Below are positions 12,003 through 24,556 of a stretch of 64,000 nt of DNA, in pieces. The position numbers and the translations under genes were made by a program. The notes beneath the pieces are model-generated. The model was not told the DNA's origin. It made no database searches and saw only the letters and a program-made list of their open reading frames with translations. How positions within the stretch are numbered: the first letter of the stretch is position 1; every line of letters begins with the position of its first letter. Origin of the DNA: Octopus vulgaris (taxonomy: Eukaryota); assembly GCA_951406725.2 (NCBI GenBank), contig OX597819.1, positions 47,554,001 through 47,618,000 of the forward strand. The letters run 5' to 3'.

Positions 12003-13331
12003 CTCTCATTCACTGGACTAAATCAAATTTGAGAAAATACTGTCAGCCTAATAAGTAGCCTCTCTTTACCACCACTACCACCTCTATCATCACTATCATG
12101 GACCTTCCACTGCCATCGTCAAAAACCTTCTTATCACCAGTCTGCTGAATGTGTACTTTTTCGGACACCATTGTACAAAGCCCTAGCTCCACTAAATAAC
12201 TGATTAGAGCTGACTAAAATATAAGTAATTGTGCATGTAACTCATTTTATCTGATTAACAACTGACTCCTCTAATTTCATGATTGAGCATAATTGGTACT
12301 AGAAACAGCCATAAGCTGCAAAGATAATTGAAAATAAATAAATATACCAAGCTAATATAGGGAACTAACGCAAAAAAAAAAGACTGCACCAAATTCAAAG
12401 GACTAATGGTTGCTCAACATGCTAGAAATAGTAGCCAGATATCTCCCTCACATTACACTTACCATCTTTGAAAGGTACACATTTTAAAATGTGGTCTTGA
12501 GGTCTTTGTGTATAGGAAAAAAATGGAGTGGTCACTGCTGGAAAACATTTGATCATATTTGTCTGCACTTATGTGTGTCCAGTAAGCAAGTGCATAAAGA
12601 TTTTTAATAGATTGATAAAAGGTCAGTGAAGAGTTGTTAGATATGAGAAAACTTATGACTGACACAAACAGTTTACTAAAAGTAGTATGTGGTCTGTGTT
12701 ACTTAAGGTAATTTATAGGAGGAAGTTTAGCTGCTTCACAAAGAAAAGAATGCAAAAAAGTGTATGGACCAAACTGAGCAGACCAATGACCACAGGTGTT
12801 CCAATTGTAATCATCCTATTTTTTTCAGTACAGTGCAAAAGGACCAGGCAATTCAAATGTGTATGTCCTTTTGCAAGATGGCAGGGTGTGATTCAAAGGA
12901 GATTTGGCAATTATTGAAGTCTAAAGAAACTGCAGTAGAATAAGTGAAGTATGAATATAAAAAGTACCAGGAAAGAATATTGGACATTAAAATGGTGATA
13001 ATTACACAGTGATGATTATGATCCTGAAATCAAGAGAGTGAGAAAAGACTTCCTTGAGAAACATAAAGGAAATATATTTACAAATAATTAAGCATTCGTA
13101 GGGCACCTAATTATCAACTGGGATTGATATAATTGACTATTCCATCCTCAAAATTCAGTTCTCTTGTGTCTATCTTGGCTTGGTTTTGTTTCTGTGTTTC
13201 CAGGACCAATCAAGTGCTGGAGTTGACAACTTTTCTCCTCGTAACTTATGGTTTTATGTTTATATGTGTATAAGAGGAAGAAAGAAAGTTACATATAGGT
13301 ATGTGTGCATATACAATATAGTTAACAGCTA

Positions 13332-13519
13332 CGAGGGAGTGCTGAAGAATTCCTGGCTTTAAGGGTATCACAAGGTTCTTTTACAGGGCTTAGAAAAACT
13401 GAAGGACCACTGCAATAAATGTGTGAATCTGAGAGGGAATATGTTGAATAAAATCATAATTAACTGGTCCTCCTGTATTTTCTGTTATGGAAAGCCAGGA
13501 ACTTTTCAGCACCCTCTCA
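13332..13519 (+). mobile_element. non-autonomous mariner deletion derivative
   Basis: TA flanks; TIRs CGAGGGAGTGCTGAAGAATTCCTGGCTTT / AAAGCCAGGAACTTTTCAGCACCCTCTCA; internal transposase tail GLEKLKDHCNKCVNLRG..VE*. Confidence 0.85.
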
Positions 13520-14249
13520 TATGCTTGTGCATGTAAACATGCTAAATAGAAAGTATTTGCATACACATATACATCTGAGCATACACAAATTTGAATATGT
13601 TTTTATGCATCAATTTTTATCTAAGTGTATGTGAGTATGTATATACAATTTCATATATATAAATGCATGTGCTTTTGTGTGTGTGAATGTGTGTTATCTT
13701 CTTTCTAAAGATGTGTGTTATCTTCTTTCTATAAGAAACTAAACTCCATTATTAGAATTTCATTAACAACAATAGTGGAAATAATATGTTGAACTTAAGG
13801 AAAGTCTTGCATATCTTTTACAGTTCAACTTACAGGTTGCATTTACTAAGTGCATGATAGCTGAACACCTTGCTTGCCTGCAAACCCCAACTTTTTGAGA
13901 TTACCCCTTAAATTGTTATCAATCCCTATCTTTCTCCAGAGATAAAGACTGTCAGCTATCATTAATTAGCAAATTCACACAGGCAGTGAATTGACATTGG
14001 TGCTAATTTGGCAGAGTTGTTAGAGCACTGGATGTAATGCCTTGTGGTAATTATTCCAGCTCACTTCATTCTGAGTTCAAATCCTGCTGAGGTCAACTAC
14101 CTTTTGAGATTATTTGAAAAAAAAGTACCAATTTAGAGCACTGGATTGAAAGAATTGTAAGAATATTGGAATAGATGCTTTGCAGTGTTTATTCCAGCCT
14201 CGCATCCTAAATTCAAATTCCATCATGCTATACTTGAAGATAAAATCAG

Positions 14250-15650
14250 TTGCTCAGTGTAATACCACTCCTTGGCTTCATTGGTGCACAGTATTTGGCT
14301 AGGTCTTTGGTTTGATAATACCTTCCTCTCACCAGTCTCAGAAATCAGTGAAGGGTCCCGAGTGCTGCCTTTTTCTTGACTAGAAAACAAAGAAAATTAT
14401 TTGTGGAAACTTCTAGTTGCTATTAGAATGTTGCAAAATTTAATAAAGCCAATTTCCTGAATAGATCAGTGAAGCATCTCAAATGTATCAGTACTAATAC
14501 AGCAAATGCTTTGTGGAATAAAGAGGAAAACTCCAACTGCCATATTTTTTGAAGTCTGATATAATATCCGATGGTCCCTATTGGTTCACAGTATTTTTGT
14601 AGGATACATTTTCCTCAATATCTAGATTTCTATCACTTGTTGTGAGGAAGAGGAGAGATAGAAAGACCACTGATGTAAAGATTTGGGGAGAATATAGGAA
14701 AAAAAATGTTCCTATAGCAACTGAAAAATATAAGTAAACTTTTCTCAACATCGTAATTATTTCCAGCATAGATCTTTAGATCAACAACAAAGAAATCATG
14801 GATTACACTGGTGCCTCATGCTGTTGTGGATCCTGACAAATAACTATTAGTCTTTGTAAAAGAAATGACTGCACCAAAATAAATAGAAGCAGAGACTGTT
14901 TCTTTGTAATTTTCCCTTTGAAAGATTTATAGCATAAAAAAACAGTTCTTTGACATTCAGTTCCATGTGTAAAGATTGTTGACAATGTCTTTTAGTGATC
15001 CTTTCAAGAGCAGTGACTCCATCAACCATAAGTAGGGAATAGAATCAAAAGCTATGCTGTTAAAAGGTTCATTATACTTTTCTTATATTAGATAGCACAG
15101 ATTTAGTTATCAAAGTTGCTGACTATAAACATCCCAAAACTCCTTTCTCTCTACATGCCTGTTCATAAGTCACTACCTTCTTGGACTTGAAATGGTCATG
15201 AAAGAATTAAACAAGCTTGCATAAAATATATATGTAATATTCAGGCAAGTAATGGGTACACAATCTTTTGTCAAGTCAATGTTTTCATTTTTGACTACAA
15301 AATTTATCTGTGCAATGACAAATTTTGCAGATCACCTGGCCTTCATTAGTTCTTTTAAATATATACATCAGTAACTCTTTTAAGAATCTCAACATCTTGT
15401 ACCAGTATCCAACAATTAGATCACTTCTTTGTGCCTAGGCAGCTTTCCCTAACTTTAGCAAATGTTTCACAGTTGAACATTTCACTATTCATGCCAATAC
15501 AGTATTGTTTCTTGAGTGAATCTAGCCATGATGCATTCTGACTGAAATCCTTCTCTTCATTCCAGACCTTAGAGCAAAACTGATTTCAAAACCTTCCTGA
15601 AAAGGGACTCATTTATAAAGATGTTTTACTATATACTCTGGTTTTTAGCT
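14250..15650 (-). mobile_element. R4/Dong-clade non-LTR retrotransposon RT relic
   Basis: Broken minus-strand motifs IVGYWYK, PITCLN, EQ..R.KG..GC, AFDSIP.LWLMESL typical of R4/Dong/NeSL-type RT. Confidence 0.65.
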
Positions 15651-15756
15651 CATGGATTAGAAGAAGACCTATGGTTAATTTGGGCTACTTGAAGTAGCTT
15701 TATTCAGAAATGTGTGTATGCACATGTACATTATATATATATATATATATATAATA

Positions 15757-16761
15757 TCATCATCATCGTTTAACGTCCGTTTTCCATGCTAGCATGGGTT
15801 GGATGGTTCGACCAGTGCCTGGGAAGCCAGGAGGCTGCACCAGGCATCAGTCTGATCTGGCAGTGTTTCTACAGCTGGATGCCCTTCCTAATGCCAACCA
15901 CTCCATGAGTGTAGTGCGTGCTTTTTATGTGCCACCAGCACAAGGGCCAGAGGAGGCTGGCAACGTCCACGATTGGTTGGTGCTTTTACGTGCCACTGGC
16001 AGGGATGCCAGTCAAGGCAGTGCTGGCATCGGCCATGTTTGGACAGTGTTTTTTACCTGCCACTGGCACGGGTATCCATTTGATTTTTATTTTGATGTTG
16101 ATGTACTTGACTCAATAGGTCTCAAGTACAGCAGGTTGCCCTACAATCCAAGGTAACCACAGCAGGCCATCACTTCATTTGTTGGGTCTTCGCAGTCACA
16201 GCATATCTCCAGAGGTCTTGGTCTTTTGTCATTGCCTCTGTGAGGCCCAATGTTCGAAGGTCATGCTTGACCACCTCATCTTATGTCTTCCTGGGTCTAC
16301 CTCTACCCCGGATTCCTTCAACTGTTTGGGAATGGCACTTCTTCACACATCTCTCCTCATCCATCTGTAGTACATAACCATACCAATGCAAACGTCTCTC
16401 CTGCACACCACATCCGATGCTTCTTATGTCCAACTTGTCCAGGGCACTTACACTCTGTCGTGCATGCACACTGACATTACACATCCAGCAGATAATGCTA
16501 TCCTCATTTCTTTCGAGCCTACACACCTCCGCAGTCACAGCCCATGTTTCACTTCCGTGAAGCATGGCAGTTCGCACACATGCATCGTACAATCTACCTT
16601 TCACTCTGAATGAGAGACTCTTTGTCGCCAGTAGGGGAAGGAGCTTTCTAAACTTTGCCCAGGCTATTCATATTCTAGTGGTAACACTCTCTGAGCATCC
16701 ACCCCCACTACTAACATGGTCACCTAGGTAGCGGAAGCTATCAACTACTTCTAGTTTCTTC

Positions 16762-16765
<4 letters not shown>
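15757..16765 (-). mobile_element. 5'-truncated RTE-clade LINE (family B)
   Basis: ORF 16281..16604 KGRLYDACVRTAMLHGSETW...RRLHWYGYV...RGRGRPRKT; 3' UTR and (CAT)n tail. Confidence 0.9.
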
Positions 16766-16789
<24 letters not shown>

Positions 16790-16795
<6 letters not shown>

Positions 16796-17400
16796 AAAGA
16801 AAGAAAATGGAGAAAGATGGATATATGAATAATTTATTTGCATGATATAAAGATATTGAAATTTTGTTTTAAAATAATAATACAAATAAATTATAAGTTG
16901 TAAAGCTTAAAAAGAAAATGGGAGATGTGAAAAAATCTGCATATATGTTTCAGTTCTATTTTGTATGCATCCTTCCAAGAAACAAGTTAACTTTAGTTCT
17001 ATAAGCTCATGATAACCCTGAAGAAGTTCTGCCCCGTATAGTTAAAAATTATACCATTCTTAGCATATAGCCAAATGTTTAGAACTGCATATCAACTAGG
17101 GGCTAGAACTGAAACATATATGTAGGTTTTTTCGCATCTCCCATTTTCTTTTTGAGCTTAACAATTTATAATTTATTTGAATTATTATTTTTTTAAATTT
17201 CAACATCTTTATATCATACAAATAAATTATTCATACATCCATCTTTCTCCATTTTCTTTCTATCAATATTAATATGAATTACTTCAATAATTCTTAACAT
17301 ATCACAGAGACTTTCTCATTGTATAATAGTGATTAACCAGTGGAATGTTTTGAGATTATATAATCCTTAATGTGGATCTAACATCCTCGAATTAACTATC
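16790..17400 (+). mobile_element. Penelope pLTR-like fold-back unit carrying a hammerhead ribozyme
   Basis: ~165-bp inverted arms 16790-16958 / 17104-17269, HHR in the centre, (TA)n flanks. Confidence 0.7.
17014..17128 (+). ncRNA. type I hammerhead ribozyme (extended stem II, palindromic stem III)
   Basis: AACC-CTGAAGA-AGTTCT GCCCC...GGGGC T AGAACT-GAAA-CATATATG-TA-GGTT: stems I and II pair, core boxes intact, GUA cleavage triplet. Confidence 0.8.
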
Positions 17401-18296
17401 TATCTATATATATAGTATGTGTAAATGTGTGGTGTACATATATACATGTCTAAATATGTATTTATATACTTGTAATTGTGTGAGCATGTACGAATGTATA
17501 CATATTGTGCTGGGTTAATCAGGAATACTACAAATGATATATAACTCTGTTCAACCTATTGCATGATCAGATTATTGGTGACTAAACTAGCAACCCACTG
17601 AGCCTGCCTGATGAGGAATGGGATTTTTAGACATCCTGTTTAATGAAAAGCAAAACTTTTCAAAGGGCGGACAAACCCAAGTAAGTCAACAACTATACAG
17701 TTGTGCATGTGTGTGTGTGTGTGTGTGAGAGTGTGAGTGTGCATGCGCGTGCGTGCATGCATACACACAGATGTGAATTTACAAATGCATGTAAATTCTT
17801 ATTTGAAAACTTTGGTGGTTGTGGTTTCTGGTTGCTTATTTTATTATTTTTTAATGTTTTTTTTTTTCAGTTGTTGCCTGTTTAACTGCTTCTAACAGTT
17901 AGAGGGTGGCACTCATGTCACATAATGAGTTGTCAAATAAAATTTGTTGTGTTGGTACATTTTGCATACCCGTCTTTTTTTTTTTTTTCACTCTCCCAGT
18001 GCCGATCAAGATTCAGACATTTTGGAACCACATACAGATGGTGTATCTTTCATTGTGGTGGTTGGGGCATCATACACGCCTGCAGGATATCCTTATTTAT
18101 ATATTTATAAACAGAGCATCTAACAACTGTACAAAGATTTTGAAACCAATACGTTCAATTCTGCCATTTAAGAAACTGATAAGATTCAACCTGCTGGTAC
18201 TGAAGCCTTTGATGAACAATTAATAGTTACATGGCATATAAGCTCACATTTAATTACAATGTATTGAGCCCTTCCTTGTAGAAATAATGTCCTTAA

Positions 18297-18856
18297 CCCT
18301 TTGGTATTCAGATCACTCTGTCAAATGTAATGCTTATTTATTACCTCCGCCTTTGCTAAGGCGGAGGTATTGTTTTCAGTCATGTTTGTTTGTTTGTCCA
18401 TGGACAAGATATCTCAAGAACCGCTGGATGGATTTGAATGAAACTTTCAGGGATGTTTGGCCTCATAACTGGCATGAACTGATTAGATTTTGGGATCGAT
18501 CCAACACTAGACAAGAATTCTGGATTATTTTTCCGTTTTTTTTTTTACTTGACTTTTGAGAGCAGTGGGGTTCATTTTTAGTATTCTCATTTGTGAGAGC
18601 AGTTGAGTTTACTTCAGATATTCTCATTTCAAAAATCATCTCTGGCTAATAGTTGAGAGGATGTTGGTGTTGCCTTGGCGAAGGTTTGCGCTCTCTGGGT
18701 GCTCTTGTTCTCATTGTTTTCAATTAATCATACCTTATCTCTTAGCTTTGAGATTTAGATGATGTGATTGTATATTTTTAGAATGACATTGTAGGGTAGG
18801 TGTGAGAGGCCAGATCCAGTCAGTTTGAACATAAAACAGATTTGAATACTAAAGTG
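18297..18856. mobile_element. piggyBac-type MITE interrupted by a Helentron-associated element
   Basis: TTAA-CCCTTTGGTATTCAGA ... TTTGAATACTAAAGTG-TTAA. Confidence 0.65.
18341..18709 (+). mobile_element. non-autonomous Helentron/DINE-1-like (HINE) element
   Basis: 5' ACCTCCGCC..GGCGGAGGT hairpin, (GTTT)n, GATTTGAATGAAACTT core, 3' subterminal repeat plus GCGCTC/GGGTGC stem-loop; second copy at 31133-31486. Confidence 0.75.
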
Positions 18857-18893
18857 TTAACCACTTGATTATGGCAGCCATACCATCAATCTA

Positions 18894-19230
18894 GAAGGCA
18901 CATGACTCTGTGATTAGAGTGCCAGGCTAGCAATCATAAGGATATGAGTTCAATTCCTAGACCTGGCTGTGCATTGTGTTTCTGAGCAAGACACCTAATT
19001 TCATCTTGCTCCAGCTCATTTAGCTGTAGAAATGAGTTGTGATGTCACTGGTGCCAAGTTGTATCAGCCCTTGCCCTTCCTTCCATTGAACAACATTGGT
19101 GGTGTGGAGAGGAGAGAGTGGTATGCATGGGTGACTGCTGGCCTTCCACAAAAAACCTTGCCGGGACTTGTACTTTGGAGGGGAACTTTCTAGGTACAAT
19201 ACCATGGTCACTTGTGACCGAAGGGGTTTC
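18894..19230 (+). mobile_element. SINE family D
   Basis: Colinear with the copy at 25244-25577; tRNA head plus GAGCAAGACAC core. Confidence 0.8.
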
Positions 19231-19551
19231 TCCTCAATCATCTATCTATATGTATATATACAAAATAACATACCTCACCACCACCATAATTATCTTTTTT
19301 TCCAATTAATCCCACCTATTAAATAATGAAGGATTGCCACATATCTTCTTTATAACAAGACACCTCTGCCTGTCCAGCTCTCATACTTTAGCCTCTCAAA
19401 GCCTGACATAATACCACCTCCCTTTCAGCATGAATCTCACTCAGTTGAGCATCTTTTCTTTGTCTTGCAATTTACTTGGCAACCTTACTACTGCCAGAAA
19501 AACAGAAAGAAAAGAACCCAGAGCACTCTGTAAAGTGACTGGTATAAGGAA

Positions 19552-19782
19552 AGGCGGCGAGCTGGCAGAATCATTAGCACGCAGGTGAAATGCGTAACAG
19601 TATTTCGTCTGCCGATATGCTCTGAGTTCAAATTCCACCGAGGTCGACTTTGCCTTTCATCCTTTCGGGGTCGATTAAATAAGTACTAGTTACGCACTGG
19701 GGTCGATATAATCGACTTAATCCGTTTGTCTGTCCTTGTTTGTCCTCTCTGTGTTTAGCCCCTTGTGGGTAGTAAAGAAATA
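19552..19782 (+). mobile_element. SINE family C with 11-bp TSD
   Basis: GGCGAGCTGGCAGAATC...GAGTTCAAATTCC head; TSD GGTATAAGGAA at 19541 and 19783. Confidence 0.9.
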
Positions 19783-20334
19783 GGTATAAGGAAGGACATC
19801 CAACCATAGATATCATGCTAAAACAGACAGAGCTCAGGGCAGTACTGTGCTTTGTTGGATCATGTCAAACTGTCTAACCTATGCTTGCATGGAAGATAGA
19901 GTTTAAATGATTATATGTCACCATTTTTAAAGAACACTTTTTCATGCTTATATGAAACAGACAAAATGTATTGAGGTAGATTTTCTATGACTGGATGCAT
20001 TTTTTTGTCTGCAATTGTCATTTGTTTCCAAGCAAGATAATATTTCTCCCTGGCTGGACACATTTTCACAAAAGATTAGAAACAAACAACACTGCTTGTA
20101 TGATGGTGAAGCTCATTTACAATTGTTGTGCAATGTCAAGACGAGGGAACACTAACACGCGTACAATAAGCCTCTTTCAGATTTTGAGTACCAAATCTAC
20201 TGGCAGTCAGGTGTTTGTGTATGTATATATATGTAATTAATCATTTTTAATTTTATGAAAATCTTTTTTTAAGATTAATATATCAAGAAATTTTTCTAAA
20301 GAATTTATATACATGTGAGTGTGTATACACATAT

Positions 20335-20625
20335 CAGTCCCACAGCATGACACCTTGAGCGAGCATCATCTACTATAGAGTTAGGCCAAGCAAAGCCTTG
20401 TGAGTGGATTTGGTAGACGGAAACTGGAAAAAGACCGTCGTGTGTGTATATACATGACAACCGGTATTGGTGTGTTTATGTAACCTATCTGTTAGGCAAA
20501 ATTGATCGATAGAATAAATACCAAACTAAAAAAAAAAAAAATGAAGTACTGGGATCGATTCATTCGAATAAAAAATTTTCAAGGTGGTACCCCAGTATGA
20601 CTGAAACAAGTAAAAGATAAAAGAT
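20335..20625 (+). mobile_element. decayed SINE family A
   Basis: GCCTTGTGAGTGGATTTGGTAGACGGAAACT and TGACTGAAACAAGTAAAAGA. Confidence 0.75.
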
Positions 20626-20761
20626 ATAATTACACGCGCACGTGCATACACAAACACACACACACACGTATTTCCTCGTTATTAGTTAACTTATAGTATC
20701 TATTCTAATGTTGATTCTAGTCCCAAGTTTCTGAAGTCTAGTTTATATGTATTGATCGTTT

Positions 20762-20852
20762 GGCAGAGGTAAAGAATACGTACACAACCCGTTTTCGGCG
20801 TAACAAAAACCCTAACCCTAAACACCGGGTGTACATATTCTTTACATTCGCC
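20762..20852. mobile_element. tiny MITE with internal telomeric (CCCTAA) repeats
   Basis: Inverted termini GGCAGAGGTAAAGAATACGTACAC / GTGTACATATTCTTTACATTCGCC; internal AACCCTAACCCTAA. Confidence 0.6.
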
Positions 20853-21549
20853 CATCACTTTTAACCGAGTTTGCGATCCAGTTTCGATTTCTAAATGGAA
20901 CCATTTCACGTCAACACTGCCGAAAATATCCGTTAAAAATATGTCTAAAGCTAAATATAAAGAACAAACAATAAATATAAATAAATAGTTATCCTAATTC
21001 TTTCCTATTACTTTCATTTTTCCTAAAGTGATTGGTGCAATATGATATATAGATGTTTAAAAAGATTTTGAAACATTGTACAACTCTTAAATGTTGCCGA
21101 GCAAAGTTTTTCAATGTCTAAAGTAATCTCTTAACTTTAAAAACAACAACAAAATCCTGAAAATAAGTATTTACAAGTTATTCCTGAAACAAATTACAGA
21201 TTTAAAGAAGGCAAGGCAAAAAAATCAGCAGAAACTCTATTAAACGAATAAACTTTTTGGTGATTCCGTATATACATTAACAGAGAAACTATGGTTATAC
21301 TATTATTTCTTTTGTTTTTTATAACATTAAATTACTGAGTATCACATTGAAATCACATTGACTGAATGAAATTAAAAGTTGTCGTCTGTTGCATTTCTCC
21401 GTATGTCAACTCATTTCATACATATCTATTAAGAGAATGAAAGAAAAATTCAAAAGAAAAAGTGAAGAAAAGACAAAATCTGAAAGAAAGAATGAAATAA
21501 GAAAAAAATTAATGAAATATATTTCTGTTGATTTAATAAATGTGCTTAC

Positions 21550-21626
21550 CTATTATGAGCCTCCGAAAGGTAATCCAACAGAAACAGCAGGCAGACGACC
21601 ACCAAAACAGGGTGGCGAAACGACAT
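21550..21626 (-). CDS. first coding exon of an unidentified secreted or membrane protein (signal peptide)
   Basis: ATG at 21626, MSFRHPVLVVVCLLFLLDYLSEAHN + AG|gtaagc donor (phase 2); n/h/c signal-peptide pattern; lies in the CpG-rich region. Confidence 0.65.
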
Positions 21627-22270
21627 CTCTGCGATGTTGAAGTTGGTATGGTCAAATGTTTGACTGAACAGGACCTGGACTTCTCCCCTCTTCACTTTCG
21701 TTTTGTTTGTTTGTTTGTTATAGTCGCCCCAGTTGTAGTTATTTAGTCTACCGAATATCAACAAGGACGGCGGCGGTCGACCAACCAACCGACCGAACTA
21801 AGAAGACAACTCTAAGCTCCGCCAAATAAACAAGTGAAGCTTTATAAAACACGAGGCAGACAAAAAGGAAGAACTGAGTGGAAGGATTGAAAAATATGAT
21901 TGGATGGATTATCTTCTACCAACTGTTTGCACTACAACTGTCAGATTTTGTTCTCTTCGCCGTGAAAGAAAACAATATGAAATAAATTAAAGTGATGGGA
22001 AGTTGACTTAAATATGCGAGGAGAGAGAAAGAGAGAGAGAGAGAGAGTAGCGCTGATGTTCAGAATTCTATCAGCAGTAACTTTTTATGGCGTGGTGGTG
22101 GTGGCGAGGGTGTACTTGATGTGTGCGTGTGTGTCATTTATTGTTAGTGGTGTAATGTTATTTTTGTGATTGTTACTACTGCTGATGCTGAGCGCGAGGG
22201 TGAGCGAGCGCTGTAAGGGAGTCGAGTTTGCTACCCGGTTTCAATTCTCGGCTGTTGCGACTAAACTTTA
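21627..22270. promoter_or_regulatory. CpG-rich promoter/5'UTR region, possibly bidirectional
   Basis: Locally high CpG content in non-repeat sequence, CCAAT box (ATTGG 21899-21903), (GA)n at ~22020-22048, plus-strand donor-like GAGG|gtgagc at 22199/22200. Confidence 0.55.
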
Positions 22271-23394
22271 CTTATGTATGCGATATACTTGAGAAAGGCT
22301 TGAAAGTCTCACATTCAAATTTCCCTCCTCAGAAATATGGAGTATTTGGAAACTAATTGATGTCTGTAAATGAGAAGGAGCGGGGTGATATTTCTTGTAA
22401 ATGGATGGGGGATGGTTGATGGCGGAGATGTAGATAGTGTTGAAACAGTTACAGTTATGTGGCTCAAGCCAAATCAATTCTGCAGATCTATGACCAAAAG
22501 CATTTCAATTATAACTATCTTATATTTATTTTTAAAGATACAAAAATTCTAGAGTATCCAAAATATTCTTCGCTTAAGATGATGGAGGTTGATTTGGGAG
22601 AGATTTGGTTGCTATTTCTAAAAGACCGCGTGGCAACATTGAGTCTCCCTGGTCAATCTTAGAGGAATGAAAATCAAAACTGACCCTGGAAAAAATGTTA
22701 CTCAGAAAGCAGGGGAGTGAAAGAAATATTGTAAAACATGTAGTTCGATGTTGTAATGCAGCGTTTTCCAAATTTTTGTTAGTCCAACATCTCTTTGATG
22801 ACAGACGAATTAACTAGGAGCCCTATTTAATTGGTAGTGAAAGGCAGGTGAAGTCTAATTTGGATTTTTTTCACATATATTTGTAGCACGCCTTGGAATT
22901 TTAGCTCCCCACGTTGGATATCATTACTGTAGCATTTCAAGCATTTCTTTTAGGTGCTATTATGCTGCTGTTTAGCCCAGGTTAGCTCTGGTCCGACAGA
23001 CCTGTGACCTAAGACATTCTTTTTTTTTTCTTTTGCTTTTTCGGTTACTGTATATCCTAAATTACCCTATTTAATGTGTCTTTCTTATTTGGGAGTTATT
23101 TTAGATAAATTTAGCTTCTATTTCTAGTGGAACATGCAACAACATAAAGGGCTCTCTATTGTTTATAATAACCTAAGATGAAGGGAAACATCGATAAATA
23201 TACTCTGAATTCAAATTCAGCTGAGGTCAAAATAAAATACCAAACAAGTATTGAGTTTGACTTGGTCGATTGTTTTCTCCAAAACTGGTGACTCTCAACC
23301 AATGATAGGGGTCAAAATTTTAATAATGTATATTGGATAGCAGAATTGGTAGAGTGTTAACCAAAATAACTTTTAACATTCCTTTATGCCCCAT

Positions 23395-24308
23395 TATAGC
23401 CTCAGACTGACCAAAGACTTGTGAGTGGATTTGGTAGATGGAAACTGAAAGAAGCCCGTCGTATATATCATCATCATCATCATTGTTTAACGTCCACTTT
23501 CCATGCTAGCATGGGTTGGACGATTTGACTGAGGTCTGGCGAACCAGATGGCTGCACCAGGCTCCAATATGATCTGGTAGAGTTTCTACAGCTGGATGCC
23601 CTTCATAACGCCAACCACTCCGAGAGTGTGGTGGGTGCTTTTACGTGCCACCGGCATGAAGGCCAGTCAGGCGGTACTGGCAACAGCCACGCTCAAATGG
23701 TGCTTTTTATGTGCCACCTGCATAGGAGCCAGTCCAGCAGCACTGGCAACAACCTTGCTCAAATGTTTTTTCATGTGCCACCAGCCAAGTGCCAGTAAGG
23801 CGACGCAGGTAACGATCACGCTCGAAAGGTGCTTTTTACGTGCCACTGGCATGGAAGCCAGTTTGTTGCTCTGGCAATGATCACGCTCAGATGGTGCTCT
23901 TAGCGCTCCACTAACACGGTTGCCAGTCATCGAATTTGATATTGATTTCGATTTCGATTTCACTTGCCTCAACAGGTCTTCGCTAGTAGAGTTTAGTGTG
24001 CAATGAAGGAAAGGTATGCATAAGTGGGCTGGTTAAACCCCTGGCATAGGTCACAAGGTTATGGGCTCATATGTATATACATATGTGTGTGTGTGTGTAT
24101 GTTTGTGTCTGTGTTTGTCCCCCCATCATCGCTTGACAACCGATGCTGATGTGTTTATGATCCTGTAACTTAGCAGTTCGGCAAAAGAGACCAATAGAAT
24201 AAGTACAAGGCTTACAAAGAATAAGTCCTGGGGTTGATTTGCTCGACTAAAGGCGGTGCTCCAGTATGGCCACAGACAAATGACTGAAACAAGTAAAAGA
24301 GTAAAAGA
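23395..24308 (+). mobile_element. SINE family A split by a reverse family B insertion
   Basis: 5' part 23395-23467 and 3' part ~24075-24308 flank the family B copy. Confidence 0.75.
23468..24065 (-). mobile_element. RTE family B 3' UTR with internal tandem repeats
   Basis: (CAT)n tail, GTTTAACGTCCACTTTCCATGCTAGCATGGG, repeated TTTTACGTGCCACC units. Confidence 0.85.
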
Positions 24309-24321
24309 GTATATATATATA

Positions 24322-24556
24322 CAGGGTGGCCCAAAAGTAGGTTTACAGTTATCATGTAGGTACTTTAAATTTCTTTTAAAACATTTTATTACATTCAAAT
24401 TTGTATCTTACAAACTGAGAAGGGAGCTTGACAAAATTAACTAAATTAGCATAGAATAATGGTTTCACATTTTTTTATAATTAAGATCTAAACTGTTAAT
24501 ATATGAATGTGAAAGAGATAGTTGAATGACTGTAAACCTACTTTTGGGCTACCCTG
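24322..24556. mobile_element. Tc1/mariner-type MITE
   Basis: TA flanks; TIRs CAGGGTGGCCCAAAAGTAGGTTTACAGT / ACTGTAAACCTACTTTTGGGCTACCCTG. Confidence 0.9.

Noticed and set aside
17600-17660. CTGATGA...hairpin...GAAA hammerhead candidate
   Set aside because: Stem II does not abut GAAA and no stem III, NUH triplet or stem I partner follows; at best a heavily decayed relic
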